Positions 57,119-64,000 of a stretch of DNA of 64,000 nucleotides are shown here, piece by piece (position 1 is the first letter of the stretch; each line of letters begins with the position of its first letter). The stretch spans positions 60,556-124,555 of the forward strand of contig JBJHCF010000001.1 of assembly GCA_050506795.1 (NCBI GenBank), in the 5' to 3' direction. The notes under the pieces were generated by a model. That model had not been told where the DNA came from, ran no database searches, and was given only the letters and a program-made list of their open reading frames with translations. The stretch is from Opitutia bacterium. GTDB taxonomy: Bacteria > Verrucomicrobiota > Verrucomicrobiia > Opitutales > T3Sed10-336. Position numbers and translations under genes: made by a program.

Positions 57119-58501
57119 ATGAAAAACTCCTCCAATATGAATCGCCGGTCCTTTTTACAGCGTAGCGCCCTGGCGGGTGCGGCGATCGCGGTTTCCCCAA
57201 TGATCCTTCCCAAACGGGTGCTGGGGATCAACGGTGAGCCGGGCGCCAACGAACGTGTCTCGATCGGTGTTATCGGGGTGGGAAACCAGGGGCGTTACCT
57301 GGCGCGCACTTTAGCCGGGGATTCCCTGTCCGACCGATGTCGGATAACCGCGATATCCGATGTGTATCTGCCGCGCGGGCGGGAGGTCGCCGAGTCGTTG
57401 GGGGTCGCTCAGGACTCGGTTTATCAGGACTACCGGCGGATGCTGGATCGGAGTGATATCGATGCGGTGGTGGTGGCCACACCGCTCCACTGGCATGCGT
57501 TGAACTGTATCCATGCCGCCCAGGCCGGCAAAGACATCTTTTGTGAGAAACCCCTGACATTTTCCATCGTGGAGGGCCGCCGGGTGGTGGAAGCGGTGCG
57601 CAAGTATGAACGCGTGCTGCAGACCGGGATTCAGGGGCGAATGCATCGCAATGCGCATCGCGCCTGTGAATACGTTCGCAACGGGGTGCTGGGGAAAATC
57701 AACCGGCTTATCGCTCACAATTACCACAGCCCCATGGAGCCGGATTTTCCCGAGCAGGAGATTCCCGAGGGACTTGACTGGGACATGTGGTGCGGCCCGG
57801 CGGAAAAACCCCCGTTCAATTTTGTCGTCTGGGATAATCGCAGCGTTCCCAGTTGGGTTTCGCTGCGGCCTTTCTCCGGCAGTTCCATGACCGATTGGGG
57901 CAGTCACGGCCTGGACATCGCGCAGTGGGCGCTGGGAATGGACGATACCGGTCCCGAGGAAATCTGGGTCGAGGGCGAACCCTTCCAACCCATGTACAGC
58001 ACGCCGGACAATCCCGGTGCACGCCAGGAAGGGCCGAGATCGCCGGATATTTTCATGAAATATCCCGGCGATCTGGTGATGGAGTTTTCTCGCGAGGGCC
58101 GCTGGAACGAGGTAAACTTCCTCGGGGAAAACGGCACGATCAATATCACCCGCGACGGCTTCAGCTCTGATCCGGCCGAGCTTATGGGGCAACGTCTGGA
58201 AAACATGGAGCATACCCTGTATCGGGGGTTGGAATACACCCTGCAATACGGCATCCTTCATGATTGGCTAAACTGTATTCGCGAACGTCGGGATCCGGCC
58301 GCCAACGTGGAGGTCGGGCATCGCACCACCAGCCTTTGTCACCTGGGCAATATCGCGCGTTGGGTCAGCGGAGTGACCGGTGAGACGGGACAGCGGTTGA
58401 GGTGGGACTCGGTGAACGAGCGTTTCACCAACAGCGAGGAGGCCAACGCCTTCCTGAATCCGTATCGCCGGGAAGCCTACCCCCTGCCCGAGACGGTGTG
58501 A
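57119..58501 (+). CDS. Gfo/Idh/MocA family oxidoreductase with Tat signal
   Basis: NRRSFLQRSALAGAAIAVSP twin-arginine leader, a Rossmann segment IGVIGVGNQG, and EKP in FCEKPL. Confidence 0.85.
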   Translation: MKNSSNMNRRSFLQRSALAGAAIAVSPMILPKRVLGINGEPGANERVSIGVIGVGNQGRYLARTLAGDSLSDRCRITAISDVYLPRGREVAESLGVAQDSVYQDYRRMLDRSDIDAVVVATPLHWHALNCIHAAQAGKDIFCEKPLTFSIVEGRRVVEAVRKYERVLQTGIQGRMHRNAHRACEYVRNGVLGKINRLIAHNYHSPMEPDFPEQEIPEGLDWDMWCGPAEKPPFNFVVWDNRSVPSWVSLRPFSGSSMTDWGSHGLDIAQWALGMDDTGPEEIWVEGEPFQPMYSTPDNPGARQEGPRSPDIFMKYPGDLVMEFSREGRWNEVNFLGENGTINITRDGFSSDPAELMGQRLENMEHTLYRGLEYTLQYGILHDWLNCIRERRDPAANVEVGHRTTSLCHLGNIARWVSGVTGETGQRLRWDSVNERFTNSEEANAFLNPYRREAYPLPETV

Positions 58502-58549
58502 GGGGGGGCGGTTGCGCGCATTTGAATCGTCCGGGACGGAGACAACGCC

Positions 58550-59527
58550 ATGTTCATGATGTATAAAAAGGTTTCAATCGTTTCGGCCGTGAGAGCGGTG
58601 GTCGGGCTCCCGTTTTTTCTCGCGCCGCTGTTCGCCTCGGGCGATGAGCTCCGAGTGGAGCTGAATCACGACGACTCGGCGGGCACGGTCACGGTCAATG
58701 TCCGGGGGGAGCATTTCACCACCCTGCATTACGGCGACGAGGCGCGCACTCCCTTCCTTTGGCCGGTGAAGGCGGAAGGCGGGGTGGGGGTGACCCGCAA
58801 TTACCCCATGGGATCGGACGAACCCGCGAGCGGGGATCATCCGCACCACCGCTCCCTGTTTTTGACGTTCGGAGATGTCAACGGTTACGACCATTGGCAC
58901 CACCAAACGATTGCCACCCGCGAGGTGACCACGGGGCATGAGAACGATTACGCGTGGATTCGGTTGCGCAATGAATGGTTGGACGGGGACGGCGAACCGC
59001 TGCTGAGTGAATCGCAGGAACTCCGCTTCTACGACCGGCCGGCGGCATCCCGGATTATCGATGTCATTTCCACCTTGCGGGCGGAATTCGGCGATGTGGT
59101 GTTCGGCGACGACAAGGAGGGCCTGATCGCCTTTCGTATTCGGCCCGAGATTCAGGGCAATCGCGCCGGCGTACTCACCAACGCCGCGGGCGAGCGGGGT
59201 GAGCGCAATGTGTATGGTAAACCCTCCCCGTGGATGGACTACTCCGGCGAGATCGAGGGATACGGGACGCGCGGCATCGCGTTGTTCGATCATCCCGACA
59301 ATTTTCGGCATCCCACCTTTTGGCACGTCCGGGATTACGGTTTGGCGGCGGCCAATCCTTTCGGCGCGGGTTCTGTGGGGGGCGAAGACCGCGACGGCAG
59401 CCACCGGTTGGAGCACGGAGAATCCATGACTTTTGTTTACCGGATTTTGGTGCATTCCGGAAATGTCGAAGAAGCGCGTGTCGGCCGCCACTATCAGCGT
59501 TTTGCCGAAACCGCCTATCCGAGATAG
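58550..59527 (+). CDS. PmoA-family (DUF6807) protein, secreted
   Basis: GDHPHHRSLFLTFGDVNGYDHWH and HPTFWHVRDYGL are typical of DUF6807. Signal peptide present. Confidence 0.7.
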   Translation: MFMMYKKVSIVSAVRAVVGLPFFLAPLFASGDELRVELNHDDSAGTVTVNVRGEHFTTLHYGDEARTPFLWPVKAEGGVGVTRNYPMGSDEPASGDHPHHRSLFLTFGDVNGYDHWHHQTIATREVTTGHENDYAWIRLRNEWLDGDGEPLLSESQELRFYDRPAASRIIDVISTLRAEFGDVVFGDDKEGLIAFRIRPEIQGNRAGVLTNAAGERGERNVYGKPSPWMDYSGEIEGYGTRGIALFDHPDNFRHPTFWHVRDYGLAAANPFGAGSVGGEDRDGSHRLEHGESMTFVYRILVHSGNVEEARVGRHYQRFAETAYPR

Positions 59528-59556
59528 ACTGAATTATATTAAGATCGCACAGTGTC

Positions 59557-60831
59557 ATGAAAAGTTCATTACGAATCCAGCTCTCGATTATGATGTTTCT
59601 CCAGTTCTTTGTCTGGGGAGCCTGGTTTGTGACGATGGCGACTTATCTGAGCGAGCTCGGTTTCACCGGGGCGGAGATTGGGCGGGCCTACAGCACCACG
59701 GCGATCGCCGCCATGATATCACCGTTCTTTGTGGGAATGATCGCCGACCGGTTTTTTGCGACCGAGCGGGTTCTCGGAGTATTTCATCTGCTCGGAGGCA
59801 TCAGTCTCTTCTGGGCCTCCACCATCACATCCCCGGGACCCTTTTTCTGGGTGTTGATTCTACACACCATATTCTACATGCCCACCCTCGCGCTGGTAAA
59901 TGCGTTGTGCTTTCACCAGATGAAGGACCCGGGTAAAGAGTTTCCGCCCATCCGGGTGCTTGGGACCATCGGATGGATCGCCGCCGGATGGATGATTGTG
60001 ATGCTCAGTACACTCAGTGGAGCGAGCATCGAAGCCACCAGCACACCGCTCAAGCTCGCGGCCGGATTCGCGGTGGTGCTGGGGATTTACTGCTTTTTTC
60101 TCCCGCACACCCCGCCGCGGGCCGCCGGGAAAAAGGTGACCGTGCGCGACGTGTTGGGCCTCGATGCACTCGGTTTGCTCCGGGAGCGATCGTTCGCCGT
60201 TTTTGTGGTGAGTTCGCTGCTCATCTGTATCCCGCTCGCATTCTATTACAATTGGACGAATCCCTTTCTGAACGACGTCGGAATGGAAAATCCCGCGGGA
60301 AAGATGACCCTGGGGCAGATTTCGGAGATCGTCTTTCTGCTCGTGATGCCATTTCTGTTCGTTCGTCTCGGCATCAAGCGAATGCTGATGATCGGCATGC
60401 TGGCCTGGGTACTGCGGTACGTTCTTTTTGCCTACGGCAATAATGAGGCTCTGGTTTTTATGCTCTATGCCGGCATTATTCTGCATGGGATCTGTTACGA
60501 TTTCTTTTTTGTCGCGGGCCAGATCTACGTCGACAAAAAGGCGCCGGTGGAGATCCGGGGTGCGGCCCAGGGGTTTATTGCCTTTATCACGCTCGGATTG
60601 GGCATGTTTATCGGGTTTAACGTTTCCGGCTGGATCGTGGATACCAATACCATCGACGGCGTTTACGACTGGCGGGCGATTTGGATTCTGCCCGCCTTGA
60701 TGGCGTTGGTCGTGCTGATCGGGTTTGCCCTCCTGTTCAGGGAACGAAGCGTCTCCCCCGAATCCGGATTGACGGAAGAGGGGTTGCCCGCGCCGGCCAA
60801 TCCCGCGCCGGTGGACCAGTCGGAGCGGTAG
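59557..60831 (+). CDS. MFS nucleoside:H+ symporter family permease
   Basis: LRIQLSIMMFLQFFVWGAWFVTMATYL N-terminus characteristic of NupG/XapB-type permeases. 12 TM. Confidence 0.78.
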   Translation: MKSSLRIQLSIMMFLQFFVWGAWFVTMATYLSELGFTGAEIGRAYSTTAIAAMISPFFVGMIADRFFATERVLGVFHLLGGISLFWASTITSPGPFFWVLILHTIFYMPTLALVNALCFHQMKDPGKEFPPIRVLGTIGWIAAGWMIVMLSTLSGASIEATSTPLKLAAGFAVVLGIYCFFLPHTPPRAAGKKVTVRDVLGLDALGLLRERSFAVFVVSSLLICIPLAFYYNWTNPFLNDVGMENPAGKMTLGQISEIVFLLVMPFLFVRLGIKRMLMIGMLAWVLRYVLFAYGNNEALVFMLYAGIILHGICYDFFFVAGQIYVDKKAPVEIRGAAQGFIAFITLGLGMFIGFNVSGWIVDTNTIDGVYDWRAIWILPALMALVVLIGFALLFRERSVSPESGLTEEGLPAPANPAPVDQSER

Positions 60832-60871
60832 CCAAGGCCACCTATCCGCATCAAACGGCTATAGCGATTGC

Positions 60872-63800
60872 TCAGGGCAGTGTTACGTGGACCTTGGCGA
60901 ATAGGTGGTTGGTGGAAAATTGACTTAAGGGGACGATTATCATGGCCCGCTGCCATTCGGAGTCGATCTGGTGTACGGTCGGTTGAGTGGTGATCGCTTC
61001 CCATGTATTGAGATCGGTGGAAACGAGGGTGGTGTAAATTAATCCGCTTTCCCGGCGACGAATAAATTCGATACGCAGCGCCGGTCCGGTTCGTCCCACC
61101 CAGCCGACACTGGCAACCGGAAGCCCCTTTGTTTCGATGCCACCCGGTGTCAGGGTGCTGCGGTCGGGGGCGGCGAGATCCATGTTGAATGCGTACTTCA
61201 GGAGGTTTTCCACTCCGTCTTGAAACGGGATGGCTTCGGGAATGGCGTCGGCGCCGGTGAGTCCGCTTCCTTCCATGGCGGAGGCAAACCGGCCAGGCTC
61301 ATCGGTGAAGGCTCCGGTGATGCTTAAGTCTGTATCCAGGGTAATCGTTTGCAACCGCGAAAATCCGTCGAGGGCGCCGGACCAACCGCCAAACACGGAA
61401 TCTTTGGCGGGAACCGCTTCCACGTCGATAGAGTCGCCCTTCGGAAATTGGGTCCGGTAAGGGTATTCAGGGGGGGCGAGCGTGTTGACCATTATGATTC
61501 CCTCGCCGTTGCCGGTGCGATTCACTTCGATCATGCGGTATCCCGGAAGACGGAAGAACTGGATTGCAGTAGGAACCAGGCGGTTCTCCGTATCCCCGTG
61601 GCCGAGCCTTCCAGAAATCCCCGAGCCGAAGGTGAATACGGTGGCATCTTCGGAAAGGAGAATCGTATGCGACGCCCCGGCGGCGGCGCCCGAAAGAGTA
61701 TGTCCTGAAAGGTTTTGATGTTCCACAAGCACGGGTACCAGCGAATTTTCGGTTTCCCCGGATCCCAGTCGGCCGTCGGCGCCGGCTCCAAAAGTAAACG
61801 ATTCTCCTTCCGAGGTCAGGAGAATGGTATGGTTGTCTCCCAGGGCCGCTTTAATGACAGTATGCTCCGACAGGCTTTCGTCTTCAATGCGTGTCGGTAC
61901 CATCCGTGCCGCCATGTCACCATGCCCCAGTTGTCCCTCAAGGCCCCGCCCGAAAGTGAATACCGTTCCGTCCGAGGTCAAAATCAAGGAATGGGCTCCG
62001 CCCGCCGAAATGCCGGTTATGGTCTTTCCCGACAGGATTTCGTGGTCGATTTTCGTGGGGATACGATTGTTTTGGATTTCTGCTTGTCCAAGCCTGCCCG
62101 ACGCCGCGTGTCCGAAGCTGAAGGTGGTGCCATCGATCGCCCGCAAGAGAGTGTGTGCGGCGCCGGCGGCAATTTCGACGATGGCATGGCCGGCAAGGGA
62201 ATCGGCTTCGATTGGGGTGGGGACCGTGCGATTTCCGGAGTCGCCGTGACCGAGTTGCCCGTGGAATCCACTGCCGAACGTGAAGACTGTTCCGTCGGAC
62301 GACAATAAGACCGTGTATGACGAGCCGGCCGCAATGGCTTTTATGCTATTTCCGTCCAGGTTCTCGTGCGTGATTTCCGTTGGAACGTCTCGCGAAAGCA
62401 AGTCACCATGCCCAAGCGCGCCCAGGTTTCCCCAACCGAAGGTGAAAACCCGTCCGTCGGCGGAGAGTAAAACGGTGTGGTACTGTCCCGCCGCGACCTG
62501 GACTATCGCATGACCGGCGATACCTTCGTATTCGATCGGAATGGGAACGTGGCGTGGGTCGCTGTCTCCGTGGCCCAATGACCCGGCGGCCCCGGAGCCA
62601 AAGGTGAACACCGTTCCCTCGGAAGAGAGAACCACGGTATGCCATTGGCCGGCGGCTACCATGGGTTCGACAACCCCGGGGATCACCGAAATGGTAAGAG
62701 GACGCTCGAGAGACAAATCGTTCTGATTGGTCGCGCGGAGCCGGATAGCATACACTCCGACAGGAAGCGAAGAGGCGGTACGGAGTGTATCATCCACCAC
62801 CAGAAATTTTCCATTGTCCTGATCTCCCTCTCCGGGAACCAAACTGAACGAGAATGTATCGTTGATCAAGCCGGTGGCGAGGAGTCTGCTCACCGGAGCA
62901 TCGACTCCGGTGCGTTTGTTTCCGATCGTCCGGTTCCAGACAAAAATGAATTCCGGGGACACCGCGAGGCTGAAGGTGGCGACGATCGTTTGGTTGGAAG
63001 CGATGGTCACCGTTCTTTCCGGGGCGGTACCGCTGATGCTCCCGGACCATCCTTCGAAAACAAATCCGTAATCCGGCACAGCTTCGATGAGAAGGGTTGT
63101 TCCCTTCGCCACAGTAAGGGAATGCGGATAATCGACGATCGGTTCGCCGTTCACTCGAATCGATCCTTGTCCTTCGCCTGAGATGTCGATGGTTGCCGTC
63201 CGGTCGGGGGTTTCCGGCAACAGCCAGACCGTGGGGATTTCCTCAGGAACCAGCCGATCGTTGGTGTCGCCGTGCCCAAGTTCGTTGGAACGGCCGCGTC
63301 CGAAACTGAACACCGCGCCGTCGGAGACCATTATCAGGCTGTGTCTTCCTCTGCCGGATACGGCTATCGGCGTGTGCCCGGAAAGGTTTGCGTTTTCGAT
63401 CGGAGTCGGTACCGCTCGGTTCTCGGTATCGCCGTGCCCGAGGCGCCCGTCGCCCCCCGGTCCAAAGGTGAACACGGTGCTGTCGGAGGAGAGGAGCATT
63501 GTCGCAGCTCCGGCGGAGATATCGGTGATCGTATGTCCGGCCAGGTTATCGTGCTGGAGTGCCGTCGGAACCAGTCTGCCATCCAGATCTCCGAGCCCCA
63601 GGGTTCCCGAATGGCCTGCTCCGAAGACAAAGATGGTTCCGTCCTCGGCCAGCAAGACGGTATGCGCAATACCGGCCGCGATTTTCCGAACCGGGTGTCC
63701 GGCTAGAGAGGCGTGTTCGATCTTCGTCGGCACAAAACGATTCTCGATATCCCCGTGCCCCAATCTTCCGGACCAGCCGTGGCCGAAGGTGAAAACCTCG

Positions 63801-64000
63801 CCGTCGGAGGACAATAGCACCACATGTTCGGAACCCGCGGCGATATCAATGATGGTCGAGGAGGAGAGGCCCGCGTATTCAATCGGGGTAGGAACCAGTT
63901 TGTCGTCACGGTCGTCCCCGTGTCCCAGCCAGGCCCCCCTGCCGAATGTGAACACGGTGCCGTCTGCCGAGAGAAGGACCGTTTGACTGTATCCGGCCGC
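60872..64000 (-). CDS. RCC1-repeat (beta-propeller) giant surface protein with InlB-B-repeat-like Ig domains; 5' end beyond the window
   Basis: Dozens of ~52-aa RCC1 blades (VFTFGxGxxGxLGHGD). Two xGxGxIxVNG...FxGWSG modules. The frame stays open to base 64000 (..AAGYSQTVLLSADGTVFTFG). Confidence 0.82.
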   Translation of the reverse strand, partial: AAGYSQTVLLSADGTVFTFGRGAWLGHGDDRDDKLVPTPIEYAGLSSSTIIDIAAGSEHVVLLSSDGEVFTFGHGWSGRLGHGDIENRFVPTKIEHASLAGHPVRKIAAGIAHTVLLAEDGTIFVFGAGHSGTLGLGDLDGRLVPTALQHDNLAGHTITDISAGAATMLLSSDSTVFTFGPGGDGRLGHGDTENRAVPTPIENANLSGHTPIAVSGRGRHSLIMVSDGAVFSFGRGRSNELGHGDTNDRLVPEEIPTVWLLPETPDRTATIDISGEGQGSIRVNGEPIVDYPHSLTVAKGTTLLIEAVPDYGFVFEGWSGSISGTAPERTVTIASNQTIVATFSLAVSPEFIFVWNRTIGNKRTGVDAPVSRLLATGLINDTFSFSLVPGEGDQDNGKFLVVDDTLRTASSLPVGVYAIRLRATNQNDLSLERPLTISVIPGVVEPMVAAGQWHTVVLSSEGTVFTFGSGAAGSLGHGDSDPRHVPIPIEYEGIAGHAIVQVAAGQYHTVLLSADGRVFTFGWGNLGALGHGDLLSRDVPTEITHENLDGNSIKAIAAGSSYTVLLSSDGTVFTFGSGFHGQLGHGDSGNRTVPTPIEADSLAGHAIVEIAAGAAHTLLRAIDGTTFSFGHAASGRLGQAEIQNNRIPTKIDHEILSGKTITGISAGGAHSLILTSDGTVFTFGRGLEGQLGHGDMAARMVPTRIEDESLSEHTVIKAALGDNHTILLTSEGESFTFGAGADGRLGSGETENSLVPVLVEHQNLSGHTLSGAAAGASHTILLSEDATVFTFGSGISGRLGHGDTENRLVPTAIQFFRLPGYRMIEVNRTGNGEGIIMVNTLAPPEYPYRTQFPKGDSIDVEAVPAKDSVFGGWSGALDGFSRLQTITLDTDLSITGAFTDEPGRFASAMEGSGLTGADAIPEAIPFQDGVENLLKYAFNMDLAAPDRSTLTPGGIETKGLPVASVGWVGRTGPALRIEFIRRRESGLIYTTLVSTDLNTWEAITTQPTVHQIDSEWQRAMIIVPLSQFSTNHLFAKVHVTLP

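Overview
High-GC bacterial chromosomal segment; most genes are roughly 60-70% G+C by hand counts. The gene content suggests a PVC-superphylum organism, probably Verrucomicrobiota (inference only): LpxC-FabZ fusion, H-X9-DG pseudopilin-like proteins, DUF1080, a Gfo/Idh/MocA + PmoA-like pair, and many glycoside hydrolases. Core blocks in order: lpxC/fabZ-lpxA; HlyD-type adaptor and MFS; a hypABFCDE hydrogenase-maturation operon with no hydrogenase in the window; msrB-msrA lipoprotein; DUF1080; aminopeptidase P; two S9 peptidases; serS-tilS-ftsH; GH51; Ski2-like helicase; imuA-imuB-dnaE2 mutagenesis cassette with a GAAC-N4-GTTC-like operator; GH2, GH43, Gfo/Idh/MocA, PmoA-like, nucleoside permease; and an RCC1-repeat giant protein that runs off the right edge. 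The accessory stretch lies at about 33.7-46.8 kb. It contains an Rpn-family nuclease with a damaged 5' end and two paralogous pseudopilin-like genes that bracket about 10 kb. Inside the bracket is a strongly AT-rich four-gene module (ECF sigma, MauE-like CGC membrane protein, 390-aa bitopic orphan, 10-Cys exported protein) preceded by a (TC)18.5 microsatellite. Also inside is a GtrA / flavoprotein / duplicated polytopic-membrane-protein module. One paralog of that membrane protein is split exactly at a 14-nt tandem repeat, and loss of one repeat unit would restore the frame. Intergenic DNA throughout is littered with at least seven families of short word repeats, many with 7-8 nt periodicity. 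It also carries hairpins whose copies differ only by compensatory substitutions. No rRNA, tRNA or CRISPR array was found. Most long antisense ORFs in the track are high-GC shadow frames.
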